Positions 45,460-55,485 of a stretch of DNA of 64,000 nt are shown one piece after another. The stretch lies in assembly GCA_036378835.1 (NCBI GenBank), contig DASUVS010000010.1, positions 1,308 through 65,307 on the forward strand, read 5' to 3'. Below the pieces are notes generated by a model. That model was not told the origin of the DNA, did not search any database, and saw only the letters and a program-made list of their open reading frames with translations. The translations under genes and the position numbers were made by a program. This DNA comes from Candidatus Binatia bacterium. GTDB lineage: Bacteria > Desulfobacterota > Binatia > UBA9968. Within the stretch, counting starts at the first letter, position 1. Every line of letters begins with the position of its first letter.

Positions 45460-47121
45460 TCAGTGATGATGATGGTGATGGTGGCCGCGCCTCTGCTCGT
45501 TATGGCGAAAGATCAAGGATTTGATCACAACCGGGACAGCTTTTGCATCCGGCAATTCTTGACCGATATCGATGAAGTCGAAGTCCTTGAGATCGATGCC
45601 GTCGATCGAAATGATGCCCGCCCCAGGGATGAGCTCGCGTTCGATAATGTTTCCCATCAACTTGGCAATATCGGCGTCAAAGACCAAGACCATCGGCTGT
45701 CCCTGGTCCACGTGCTCCTTCATGGCGTCGACAAGCCCTTCGGCCAGCATGCGAATGAGCGGATAGGACGGGCCAAGCTCCCAGCGGATCGCCAGCGCAA
45801 CGGCGCGATCGGAATCCATAATATCAAAACGCTGCAGGGCCTTCTGAACAGCGGCGGCAATATCGGCGGATGTGATGGCTTCGCTTTGCTCAAACTCCGG
45901 CGTAATCACTTGCAGGTTGCGCAACGGCAGCAATTCCGGATGAGAAAGATAGATGGTATTGCCGCTGACCTGGACGGTGTACTGCGACGCTCCGATAACC
46001 GTAGCGCGAATGCGTACTTCGGCCGGTCGCAATGGGATTTTACCGCCGGCTAGCTGATTGGCACGGGCGCGCACCCGTCGGCCTAAGTGAACACCAAGAT
46101 CCCCCAGATTTCGCTTTTCGTAACCATAGACAAACTCGGACACTCCACCTGAAAACATCACCGCATGAATCGGATCTTTATATTCAAGGTTGGGGGTCAA
46201 AAGCAGATCTTGCGCCTGCGACGAGATCGGCCCGCGTTCGAGCACTGCGAATAGCGAGTCACACAGCACCTGGGCAAACTTCTCCTTGTCTTCTTCGCTC
46301 AGGCTAGCGCCGAGAGCGAGCTTCACACCGGCCATCTTGGCTACTTTGAGCGCGGTGTCCTCCAGTCGATTGATCCGGCCGTTCTCATCCATCGCGATCA
46401 GGCGCGCGCCGACTTCCATAGCGCAAGTGTCGATGACCTTTCCCCCCTGGGCGATTGCGATTTTGCTGGTGCCGCCGCCGATGTCTACATTCATGACGGT
46501 GAAGTCGCCGCCCTCATGATGGGTCATGCCGACTGCACCGGAACCGTATGCGGCCAGGATCGACTCGAGGTTATGTCCAGCGGTGGCACAAACGAACTTA
46601 CCCGCCTCTGCGGAGAAAAGCGCGGCAATCGCCTCGGCATTTTTCTTCTTCGCCGCTTCTCCGGTAACAATGATCGCGCCTGTGTCGATATCGCTGGGCG
46701 TCAGATTAGCTTTACGGTACGAATCATGGATGAAGTCATTCAACTTATTGGTATCAATGGTCGTTTTGTCGACGTATGGGGTTAAGAGGATCGGCGATTC
46801 ATGGAGCATCTCTCGATTGACCACCACGAAACGGCTCGATAACGCCATGCCCTGTCGACGCAAGGTCAGGCGGGAAAAAATCAGATGTGACGTCGACGAA
46901 CCGATGTCGATGCCGACCGAATTAAGCGTAATTCGCTCGGAGCGCCACATCGGATGATCTTCATCCATGACGATGTCTTCTTCATCATCACCGTATTCAT
47001 CCTCGTGCCCCTCGTGCAAAATGAGTATGTCCGTCCCAAGATCTTCCATCGATTCTAGCGATCCTTTCTGACCCGCATGGCGCAAAAATGGCAAGTTTTC
47101 ATTGCTTAACACAAGAAACAT
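45460..47121 (-). CDS. EutA-like (ethanolamine ammonia-lyase reactivase family, ASKHA fold) protein with C-terminal His7
   Basis: SVGIDIGSSTSHLIFSRL, GAIIVTGEAAKK and NVDIGGGTSK align with EutA phosphate motifs. It ends RRGHHHHHHH. An alternative start ATG lies at 47049. Confidence 0.8.
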   Translation of the reverse strand: MFLVLSNENLPFLRHAGQKGSLESMEDLGTDILILHEGHEDEYGDDEEDIVMDEDHPMWRSERITLNSVGIDIGSSTSHLIFSRLTLRRQGMALSSRFVVVNREMLHESPILLTPYVDKTTIDTNKLNDFIHDSYRKANLTPSDIDTGAIIVTGEAAKKKNAEAIAALFSAEAGKFVCATAGHNLESILAAYGSGAVGMTHHEGGDFTVMNVDIGGGTSKIAIAQGGKVIDTCAMEVGARLIAMDENGRINRLEDTALKVAKMAGVKLALGASLSEEDKEKFAQVLCDSLFAVLERGPISSQAQDLLLTPNLEYKDPIHAVMFSGGVSEFVYGYEKRNLGDLGVHLGRRVRARANQLAGGKIPLRPAEVRIRATVIGASQYTVQVSGNTIYLSHPELLPLRNLQVITPEFEQSEAITSADIAAAVQKALQRFDIMDSDRAVALAIRWELGPSYPLIRMLAEGLVDAMKEHVDQGQPMVLVFDADIAKLMGNIIERELIPGAGIISIDGIDLKDFDFIDIGQELPDAKAVPVVIKSLIFRHNEQRRGHHHHHHH

Positions 47122-47206
47122 CGTCTTGCCACTGACTGAAAAACAGACTTATCAGCACGATAGACAACCCATGGGATCGGCGATAAGATGAGCCCCGGCG
47201 TCATTC

Positions 47207-50200
47207 ATGGGTCAAGAGGAATTTCAAGAACTCTCCTCATTCTTGAAGCGCTTTATCCGGCGCTTCAAGTTTCTTAAGGGGATCGAAGGCCTCTGTGTGA
47301 CGGCCATCTGCGCGCTGCTGCTACTGGCGGTCGGGCCGGGTGTCGATCAGATTAAAAATTTATTTCCTTACGCGCCGCTGGTCTACAGCATTCTCACCGC
47401 GGCAATCTTGTTGGGCTTGATTCTTTGGACCGTCATTCAACTCGCACGGCGATTTTCACCAGAGCATGCAGCGCGCTACGTCGAGCAAAAGCAGCCCAAA
47501 CTGCGTAATAATCTAATCAACTCTTTACAACTCTATCCGCAGATAGTCAGCGCTCAAGCTGCACCGGGATTTTCCGCGCCGATGGTGCTGGCGCTGCTAC
47601 GCACCACCCGCAAAGAAGTCTCCGGACTCAAGCTCAACGAATTGCTCGACACGCGCCGGGTCAGGAGCAGTCTGCGCCTGTTTGTTCTTCTCTTCATTCC
47701 AGTGCTCGGGATGGTCCTTTTCAACCCTTCGTGGGTTGGCCAGACATTTAGCTTGTTGACCCGTCCCTTGGATCACATGCCGCCGTCTGAAACAGCCCTA
47801 GAAGTCAATCCTCAAGGCGTACGCGTCGCGCGCGGCGTGCCGGTGACCATTGAGGCAACAGCTTCGGGAGTGATTCCGAAATCTCTGGATCTCATCACCT
47901 GGGCCGGCAGCAATGATCGCGGCGAGCTTGTTGGTGAGGAAAAAATGGCGATGGAGAGTCTTGGAGAAGGTAAGTTCCGGGTCAAGTTGGCTCGTTTGGA
48001 GAGAACTGTGAGCTATCGCGCCGTGAGCGGCGCGTTTTCTTCGCCGGTTTACTCCGCCGAAGCGATCGATCCGCCGGAGATCGGCAACGTGCAGCTGACT
48101 TTGTATCCGCCGGCGTACACCGGGCTCGGCGCAACCTCCTCGACCAGCGGCAACGTCGAAGGACTCAAGGGGTCTAACCTGAGGATTGCTGCGACTACCA
48201 CGAAGGACGTCGTCAAAGCGGAAATCGTTCTTGCTGATGGCAAGCAAGTTCCGCTCAAGATCGAGGGACGCAAGCTGCAAGGTAATCTGGTCCTCTTTCA
48301 GTCACAGCAGTATCAAATCCTGGTGGAGGATCGTTATGGCTTTCGGAATTCGCCGATATCTTATGATCTGAAGGTTAAACCCGATGGTTTTCCCACCATC
48401 GACCTGCTCCGCCCCACTGAAGACTTGGAGATCAATGGCGACGAAATCCTGACGCTTGAATACAGCGCCCGTGACGATTTCGGTCTTGCTGAAGTGACGC
48501 TATCGGTCAAAGTCGGAGAGCGCCAAGAGAAGATTCGACTGCAGAAAGATGACGCCCGAAGGATAATCCTGCGTGACCAATACCGGTGGGACCTCGGCCG
48601 GCTGGCATTGCGCGAGGGAGAGGACGCGTTGGTCAATCTTGAGGTCACCGACAATGACACTGTTACCGGACCAAAGCTGGGCTCGTCGCGCGCGATCAGG
48701 CTGCGGCTTAAGAATATCAAAGGCGAGCATCAGCAGGTTGCCGAAATGGTCCGGGAACTTAACAATCGAATGGTGGACCTGCTCGGTGATCACTTGGAAA
48801 AGCCGATGCCCGAAGAAAACAAAGCCGATCGCGGCTCCGACATGAACCAAAAATTCGAGCAGAATCTGGCCGAAGCATTGAAGCAAACCGAAGAAGTAAT
48901 GCGCAGAACCGAAAAGGACCGGCTTTCCGACTACGCCACCTGGTCCGATCTCGAAGCATTGAAGCGAAACCTGCAGTTCACCAAGGAAGAATTGCTCAAG
49001 AAACAAGAGCAGGCTCAGTCTGCTGAGGAAAACTTGAGAGCCCGCGATGAGATATCGTCCGAACTGGAGCGCATGTCGCTGCTTTCGGAAGACATCAGCA
49101 AACGGCTCAAGGCGCAGGAGATGGCCTCGACAGCGCAGGACCTGGCGCGCAGTCAAGAGCGCCTCATGGATTCTTTGGAAAAACTTCAGAGCGGCGATAA
49201 GAACCTGGATACGATTCTCAAGCAGCTTTCCGAGCTCACCAAGTCACTGGCCGCGCTGCAGCAAGCCATGTCGCAGATGGCGCAGCAGCTGCCGGATGAT
49301 TTCATGAACATGGAAAATATGCGCAGCTTAGGCTTCAACGAAATGTTTTCGGCGCTCGACGAAATCCGCAAAAAGCTCATGCAAGGCGACATCGAGGGAG
49401 CGCGCCAGCTCGCTCGGGAATTGTTCAACCAGATGGCGCAAATGGTAGCCTCCTTGCAGAATTCTCAACGCTCGGCGATGGCTTCGAGCATGGGGCGTAT
49501 GCAAGGCGAGATGTCGCGCTCGACCAACGAACTGCAGCAGATCGCGCGCGAACAACAGGAAATACTTTTGAATACGGAAGATATCAATAAATCGGCGTTA
49601 AACGAGCATGATAATGCTTTGAAGGACAAACTGGATCGATTTTTGGAAAACGCCAGGAACGAATTAGGAAAATTGACCGAGCTATTTCCAGATCGCGAGG
49701 GACCGGACGATCCCGAAGCCGCCGCCAAGCTCGATGACGCGACGATGAATCAACTTCTTAAAAACCTGATCGCAAAGCTCCTGAGCAAGGACTTTCCAGG
49801 CTATGGTGAAGGCGACGGGCTGGCCCGTAAGGAGCTGGCAAAAAAGCGCGATCCATCACAGGCGGAGAGAGCGCGGCGCGCTGAAAGTACCTTGGACAAA
49901 CTGAAGTCCGAGCTAAACAGTTTGATGGGCCAACCGATGCAGGCGCTCAAGGAATCCGATCAAAAGCAATTGCGCGATCTCGCCAATCGTCAAGGAGTTT
50001 TGCGCGAACGCACGGAATCTTTGCACGAGAAGCTTGAGTCACTTTTTCAACTCTTCCCGTCCCTCGATCCAAAAATCGTCCAGAATATCGGCGAAGCCGG
50101 GAAATCCATGAACAATGCCAACGACCGTCTCGGCCAGCTTGATTCCCATGGCGCGGTTCCGCCTGAACGTGATGCGCTGGACCGGCTTTCGCAATCGCAA

Positions 50201-50518
50201 CAACAGATGCAATCGGCAATGCAACAAATGGCTCAGCGCGGCCAACTCGGCACCATGCCGATGACTCGCTTATTCCGGCAAGGCCGCTTCATGCCGGGAG
50301 GCATGCTGACGCCGCTGCCGGGCATGCCGCAGTTTCCGGAGTTTGAAGTTGACAGCGGTTTTACCGGACTGGATACCGAGAAGTTTCGTCTTCCCGGAAA
50401 GGAAGAATACAAAGCTCCGCGTAATTTTCGGGAAGAAATTCTGGAATCTCTCAAACAGGGCGTTCCCCCTCAGCTAAAGGATCAGATCGAACGCTATTTC
50501 AAAAATCTCTCCGAGTAA
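47207..50518 (+). CDS. Large membrane-anchored DUF4175-like protein (N-terminal TM segments, beta-rich middle, long Q/E/M-rich coiled coil)
   Basis: 1103 aa. 3-4 N-terminal TM segments, Ig-like repeats, coiled-coil C-half. The family call is from memory of the architecture. Confidence 0.65.
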   Translation: MGQEEFQELSSFLKRFIRRFKFLKGIEGLCVTAICALLLLAVGPGVDQIKNLFPYAPLVYSILTAAILLGLILWTVIQLARRFSPEHAARYVEQKQPKLRNNLINSLQLYPQIVSAQAAPGFSAPMVLALLRTTRKEVSGLKLNELLDTRRVRSSLRLFVLLFIPVLGMVLFNPSWVGQTFSLLTRPLDHMPPSETALEVNPQGVRVARGVPVTIEATASGVIPKSLDLITWAGSNDRGELVGEEKMAMESLGEGKFRVKLARLERTVSYRAVSGAFSSPVYSAEAIDPPEIGNVQLTLYPPAYTGLGATSSTSGNVEGLKGSNLRIAATTTKDVVKAEIVLADGKQVPLKIEGRKLQGNLVLFQSQQYQILVEDRYGFRNSPISYDLKVKPDGFPTIDLLRPTEDLEINGDEILTLEYSARDDFGLAEVTLSVKVGERQEKIRLQKDDARRIILRDQYRWDLGRLALREGEDALVNLEVTDNDTVTGPKLGSSRAIRLRLKNIKGEHQQVAEMVRELNNRMVDLLGDHLEKPMPEENKADRGSDMNQKFEQNLAEALKQTEEVMRRTEKDRLSDYATWSDLEALKRNLQFTKEELLKKQEQAQSAEENLRARDEISSELERMSLLSEDISKRLKAQEMASTAQDLARSQERLMDSLEKLQSGDKNLDTILKQLSELTKSLAALQQAMSQMAQQLPDDFMNMENMRSLGFNEMFSALDEIRKKLMQGDIEGARQLARELFNQMAQMVASLQNSQRSAMASSMGRMQGEMSRSTNELQQIAREQQEILLNTEDINKSALNEHDNALKDKLDRFLENARNELGKLTELFPDREGPDDPEAAAKLDDATMNQLLKNLIAKLLSKDFPGYGEGDGLARKELAKKRDPSQAERARRAESTLDKLKSELNSLMGQPMQALKESDQKQLRDLANRQGVLRERTESLHEKLESLFQLFPSLDPKIVQNIGEAGKSMNNANDRLGQLDSHGAVPPERDALDRLSQSQQQMQSAMQQMAQRGQLGTMPMTRLFRQGRFMPGGMLTPLPGMPQFPEFEVDSGFTGLDTEKFRLPGKEEYKAPRNFREEILESLKQGVPPQLKDQIERYFKNLSE

Positions 50519-52113
50519 TGGCCCCTTTAAAACATCGACCCGTATTATCAGCGATCGTTATTATGCTCGGTTTAACGGCGCAGCTGCTCGCCGCCGAGGT
50601 CGAGGACAAATTCAAGGACGGCCAAGAGCTCCTCGACGCCTGGCGCATTAGCCAAGCCGAAGAACTCGCCGCGAAGTCAGTACGTGACAACCCTAAGTCC
50701 GCCGATGCGCTGGGTTTCGATGCCCGGGTAAAATTTTACCAAGGGCGGTATCAGGAGGCTTTGGTGTCCATCGACCGGGCATTGGCCATTGATTCCAAAG
50801 AAAAACAGCGCCAAGGATTGAAGCTGCTAACCCAGTTCACCGTCGACGTGATCAAAACGCTCAAGCGTTACGAGAGCGCCCATTTCGTGCTTTACCTCGA
50901 TGAAAAACGCGACGGAATATTAGCAACGCATGCCCTTGATGCTTTGGAAAAGAGCTACCAGGCGGTAGGCGCGGAACTAGGTTACTACCCCAAAGATAAA
51001 GTCCGCGTCGAGGTCGCGCCCGATGCTCCGAGCTTCAACGCCATCTCAACTCTCTCGTTGCGCGACATCGAGGAAACGGGCGCGGTGGGCATCTGTAAGT
51101 TCAATAAGCTCATGATCATCTCGCCGCGCGCGCTAAGTCTCGGCTATCGTTGGGTCGATTCCTTAAGCCATGAGTACCTCCATTATGCGATCGTCGGCCT
51201 CACCAACAATCAGGCTCCGATTTGGCTGCACGAGGGAATGGCGCGCTTTTACGAAACCCGCTGGCGCAAACCGGTGCCGCCCAAAGACGCAGCCGAGGAC
51301 TACCTGACGCCGGCCAATCAAACCTTGCTGGTGCAAGCTCTGGAAAAGAACCAATTCGTCGGTTTCAAGAAGATGGAACCCTCGCTGATCCATTTGGAGA
51401 CACCCGAGCAAGTTCAACTGGCTTATGCCGAGGCCGCATCGGCGATCGACTACATCAACCAAAGCAAGGGCAAGGCCGGCGTACGCGAGCTCTTGGCGAC
51501 ACTCAATGAAACATCGACACCCGAAGCGATTTCGAAGGTGTTGGGCCTGTCTTTCGATGATTTCGAATCGCAGTGGAAAAATTTCCTCAAGCAAAAGGGG
51601 CTTAAGGAAATCGAAGGCACCCGCGTGCGCAGGCTGAAAGTTAAAAAAGATCAGAACGAAGATCAAGAAATCGTCGAGCTCAAGGAGATCCAATCAGCGG
51701 TCGCGCGTAACCGGACTCATCTTGGCGACCAACTATCCAATAAGGGACGAACCGTAGCGGCGGCCAACGAATACCAGCGCGCCTTGGAGGCAAGCCCGCA
51801 CTCTCCGATTATTCTTAACAAGCTCGGACGGGTTTTGATCCAGATGAATCGCTTCCCCGAGGCGCTGAATCCCTTGAAGAAAGCGCTTGATTTGGATCCG
51901 GACAACGGCGGCACCTACGTTCAACTCGGCCGCATTTACCACGCGACCAAAAAATTTCAAGAGAGTAAGGCTGCGCTCGAAGAGGCAATTCAAATCAACC
52001 CTTTCAATCCGGTTATTTTTAAGCTACTGACCGAAGTCTACGCATCCTTGGGCGAGAAGGAAAAAGCGCAGCAGGCAAAGGCTTCGCTCGACAAGTTACT
52101 CGGCGCGAGCTGA
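50518..52113 (+). CDS. Secreted TPR protein with central HExxH (peptidase MA-like) domain
   Basis: Signal peptide. SHEYLHYAIV...WLHEGMARFYE is gluzincin-like (HExxH plus E). TPRs on both sides. TAATG overlap with the upstream gene. Confidence 0.75.
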   Translation: MAPLKHRPVLSAIVIMLGLTAQLLAAEVEDKFKDGQELLDAWRISQAEELAAKSVRDNPKSADALGFDARVKFYQGRYQEALVSIDRALAIDSKEKQRQGLKLLTQFTVDVIKTLKRYESAHFVLYLDEKRDGILATHALDALEKSYQAVGAELGYYPKDKVRVEVAPDAPSFNAISTLSLRDIEETGAVGICKFNKLMIISPRALSLGYRWVDSLSHEYLHYAIVGLTNNQAPIWLHEGMARFYETRWRKPVPPKDAAEDYLTPANQTLLVQALEKNQFVGFKKMEPSLIHLETPEQVQLAYAEAASAIDYINQSKGKAGVRELLATLNETSTPEAISKVLGLSFDDFESQWKNFLKQKGLKEIEGTRVRRLKVKKDQNEDQEIVELKEIQSAVARNRTHLGDQLSNKGRTVAAANEYQRALEASPHSPIILNKLGRVLIQMNRFPEALNPLKKALDLDPDNGGTYVQLGRIYHATKKFQESKAALEEAIQINPFNPVIFKLLTEVYASLGEKEKAQQAKASLDKLLGAS

Positions 52114-52124
52114 AAGGGACCTCG

Positions 52125-53153
52125 ATGGACGCGGCTAAAATTCATCAACATGAAATTGCCGAGATCGAAGAATTCGCTGCTAAACGCGACACGATGCTCG
52201 GCGAAATTCGCAAGGTCATCATCGGTCAAGATAGAGTCATTGAAGAGGTTTTAATCGCGCTGTTCGCCCGCGGGCACTGCCTGTTGGTCGGGGTTCCGGG
52301 TCTAGCCAAGACGCTGTTGATCAGCACCTTGGCGGAGATCCTGGATCTCGATTTCAACCGGATTCAGTTTACGCCCGACTTAATGCCCTCGGACATCACC
52401 GGGACCGATATTCTACAAGAAGATCCATCGACCGGCAGGCGGCAGTTCCAATTTCTCAAAGGGCCGATATTCACGAACATTTTACTGGCGGATGAGATTA
52501 ACCGCACTCCGCCCAAGACTCAAGCCGCGCTATTGCAGTCCATGCAGGAATATAAAGTCACCGCCGGAGGCACAACCTTTCCGCTGGATCTGCCGTTTTT
52601 TGTCTTGGCAACTCAGAACCCCATCGAACAGGAAGGCACCTATCCGTTGCCCGAAGCGCAACTCGACCGGTTTATGCTGAATATCGAAATAGGTTATCCC
52701 GAATTCGAAGACGAAGTGCAGATCGTTCTGCAAACGACTTCCAACGAAAAACCGTCGCCGCGCAAGGTTATGCAAGGCGCTGCGATCCTGCGCTATCAGG
52801 AACTCGTCAGGCGCGTTCCGGTCTCGCCGTTTGTGGTCTCTTACGCCGTGGCGCTATCGCAAAGCTCACGGCCGCAAGCTGGCGACGCACCGCAGTTCGT
52901 CAGAGACTATGTGGAGTGGGGCGCTGGACCGAGAGCTTCGCAGTATCTGATCCTTGGCGCCAAGGCGCGCACCATTCTCCAAGGTCGCTACGCCGTGTCC
53001 ATAGAAGACATTCAAGCGCTCGCGCCTTCGGTTCTACGCCATCGAGTCGTGCCAAACTACAAGGCTCAAGGCGAAGGATTGTCGTCCGTAGATATCATCC
53101 AGCGTCTCCTTAGCGAAGTGAAACCGCCCAAGGACGGGAAAACGGCGCTGTGA
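52125..53153 (+). CDS. MoxR family AAA+ ATPase
   Basis: Walker A GVPGLAKT, Walker B LLADEINR. 342 aa, typical of MoxR. Confidence 0.93.
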   Translation: MDAAKIHQHEIAEIEEFAAKRDTMLGEIRKVIIGQDRVIEEVLIALFARGHCLLVGVPGLAKTLLISTLAEILDLDFNRIQFTPDLMPSDITGTDILQEDPSTGRRQFQFLKGPIFTNILLADEINRTPPKTQAALLQSMQEYKVTAGGTTFPLDLPFFVLATQNPIEQEGTYPLPEAQLDRFMLNIEIGYPEFEDEVQIVLQTTSNEKPSPRKVMQGAAILRYQELVRRVPVSPFVVSYAVALSQSSRPQAGDAPQFVRDYVEWGAGPRASQYLILGAKARTILQGRYAVSIEDIQALAPSVLRHRVVPNYKAQGEGLSSVDIIQRLLSEVKPPKDGKTAL

Positions 53154-53597
53154 AGACATGGCAGAAAGTGTCGTTCGCCTCGTCGAGCGACAACCGTTCT
53201 ACCAGTGAATTGATCAACAAGCGTTTTAAACGATCTGCTTGTAACCGTTCTCTGTCGGTTTGCGGGAAAGGGATAATAGGAAGACCAAATCACCCGGCGC
53301 CTGCGAACATCCTTATGCGCTCTCGCGAGTTCTCAGTTAACGTTCTGATTGCACAATCTGGCCGTCCTCTGGTACCAGCTCACCAGAAGCAACCGATTAG
53401 AATGTCTTTCCAGCCTCGCCCGTGTAGAAGACCCTATCCGAAGGCGCGATCAGCGAAATCTCGCTAAACCGGGCTGCTCGCGAGCCGATCATACTGAACG
53501 ATTCCTCCGCGCGTTCAAATGATTGGTAGCACTGGCTGGGTCTCGATCTTAGTTGATGGGAAGCGTTACGACCGAATGAGAGCAGCGCCTGATTGAG

Positions 53598-54545
53598 TTA
53601 CTTTCCGCTCTTCGGATGCGCGCGGCGCTCGAGCGCGGCGCGATCCCATTCTGCTAGATTGGCGGCTGCTTCATAGGTGGTCTGCAGAAACTCGAGTAAC
53701 ATCTCGTCAGGCGATTCCGACTCACGGACGCGGTCGTATGGCAAAACGAATTCGCTGAGATCGTCACTGTAAAAGGCCCCTTGGGGATTCACAGCCGCTT
53801 TAGAAAAGCCGGCGGGCTCCGGATAGGCGTAGGAATAAAATGCAGCATACGGCACGGGTCCTGAGCCCGGCCAGAAACCGCAGCTACTAACTTCGTGCGA
53901 GTAGGCTTCTTGGGTCACCCAGTCGGGGAGGTTCGGAACGCCGCCTGGGTGTTGAGGAGCTTTTCGGCCCGAAAATCGTGTGACTGCCAGATCGGCAGCG
54001 CCCCAAAAGAAGTGCACTGGACTGCATTTGCCAACGAATTGCGAGCGAAAAATTTTTAACACACGATCTGCTTGTTGGAGAATGCGCCAGAAACGGCCGG
54101 CGTAATCGGCATCGTACGGTCGCCAACAAACATCCTGATCGAAGGGTATCGGTTCGGCAATCTCATTGGGTCTTCGATGGATGCGCACGTTGATATCGAG
54201 CTTGTGCATCTCTTCCATAAGGTGCCCATAGAAAGAGGCAACCGATTGGGGCTCAAGCGCTAGCGCAGCAGTGCAGCCATCGCTAGAGCGCAGCCTAAGC
54301 TGATGCTCGAGGAAATTGAAGTCGATCTGAAAGCTTCTGGTCCCGTACGGTATCGGAGAAGTCGTCAGCCCCGTGGCTGTCACATACAAAGTCGTATGCC
54401 ATGAATGGTTCACCCAAGGACTCAGTGAGAGGCGGATCTTGCCGACGATTTGCGTCCATAAGTGTAATGCTGCGTAGGTCTCACGCCATGCATCGAGAGA
54501 CAAACTCGGCCATGCCTCTGAACGGTCATCAAGGGAGGCGTTCAT
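53598..54545 (-). CDS. DUF5996 family protein
   Basis: 315 aa. WRETYAALHLWTQIVGKIRL N-terminal signature, recalled for DUF5996. Confidence 0.7.
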   Translation of the reverse strand: MNASLDDRSEAWPSLSLDAWRETYAALHLWTQIVGKIRLSLSPWVNHSWHTTLYVTATGLTTSPIPYGTRSFQIDFNFLEHQLRLRSSDGCTAALALEPQSVASFYGHLMEEMHKLDINVRIHRRPNEIAEPIPFDQDVCWRPYDADYAGRFWRILQQADRVLKIFRSQFVGKCSPVHFFWGAADLAVTRFSGRKAPQHPGGVPNLPDWVTQEAYSHEVSSCGFWPGSGPVPYAAFYSYAYPEPAGFSKAAVNPQGAFYSDDLSEFVLPYDRVRESESPDEMLLEFLQTTYEAAANLAEWDRAALERRAHPKSGK

Positions 54546-55009
54546 AGCTTCTCAACGTCATTTGCGTTCCACTCTTCGTGTGCCGGGATCCATTTGTCGG
54601 AGATGTCCTCTCTCCGGGATCATAGCAAAACTCTACTCGTCGGTACCAGATCCACTGCTCGGCCGGCATTCGGCCTCTACGCATGCCCCTAGCCGGTCTT
54701 AGTCCGATGGCGGCGCGAAGCTCGACCCGGTCTAACATGACCACTCAGCACCAGCTACCCAGTGTGCATACCCCCATCTACGCAGCGCCGCGGTTATGAA
54801 GATTGCAGAACAACGTCGGTTGCCATCTCACTTCCTACGTCGCCCGTCGTCTCGACTGCGAGCAGCTTGAGTTCTATGTAAACCTATCAAACGCGAGCGG
54901 GGATTTGAGGGCTACACACAAGTCTGCTGAGATGAAAAGCGGCAAAAAACCGAAGTCCGATCGAGTTCAAACTCATCACACTCCGCTGAGCTTCATCCAC
55001 TGCCAAACT

Positions 55010-55483
55010 TTAAGTGGAAGCTTCCTGAGCGTTCCTGCGCCGGGGGGCGCTTGCTTTTCTCGCCGTCTTGCCGCTTTTCTTCTTCGCTTTCTTGTCTTTG
55101 CCGCTCGTCTTTTCGGCCGCTTCGTCGGCGCTTGCAACCAGCTCTATCAAGGACACCGGCGCCGCATCGCCATGCCGCCGGCCAATTTTAATGATTCGAG
55201 TATAACCTCCGGGGCGATTCTGGAACCGGGTGGCGATTGTCTCGAACAGCTTACGGACCACCGTCTTATCCTGAATGATGGCGAGCGCTTGGCGCCTGGC
55301 ATGGAGAGTACCCTCTTTGCCAAGCGTAATCACACGGTCCACCCAGCGTCTGAGCTCTTTGGCCTTGGGATCGGTGGTTTGTATCTTCTCTTCACGCAAC
55401 AGAGAAGTCACCATATTGCGCATCATTGCCCAGCGGTGGCTCGAATTGCGGCTGAGCTTTCTTCCTGAATTAAGATGTCGCAT
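55010..55483 (-). CDS. rplQ: 50S ribosomal protein L17 (Lys-rich C-terminal extension)
   Basis: [17 protein letters not shown] is the canonical L17 N-terminus. Confidence 0.97.
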   Translation of the reverse strand: MRHLNSGRKLSRNSSHRWAMMRNMVTSLLREEKIQTTDPKAKELRRWVDRVITLGKEGTLHARRQALAIIQDKTVVRKLFETIATRFQNRPGGYTRIIKIGRRHGDAAPVSLIELVASADEAAEKTSGKDKKAKKKSGKTARKASAPRRRNAQEAST

Positions 55484-55485
55484 AA

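Noticed and set aside
45412-46053. 213-aa plus-strand ORF
   Set aside because: It is antisense to the EutA-like gene. The plus-strand run of ATG/GTG codons (MMMVMV) is simply the complement of the His7 codons.
53150-53467. 105-aa GTG-initiated ORF overlapping the MoxR stop (GTGA), considered as the missing DUF58/vWA partner
   Set aside because: The translation is Arg/Ser/Lys/Pro-rich low complexity with no DUF58 or vWA motifs. The coding call is not supported, although the coupling-like overlap is noted in the findings.
53397-53597. 66 sense codons in frame directly after the DUF5996 TAA stop (possible read-through extension)
   Set aside because: There is no recognisable domain and no read-through context that I can identify. 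At this GC content an open stretch of that length can occur by chance.
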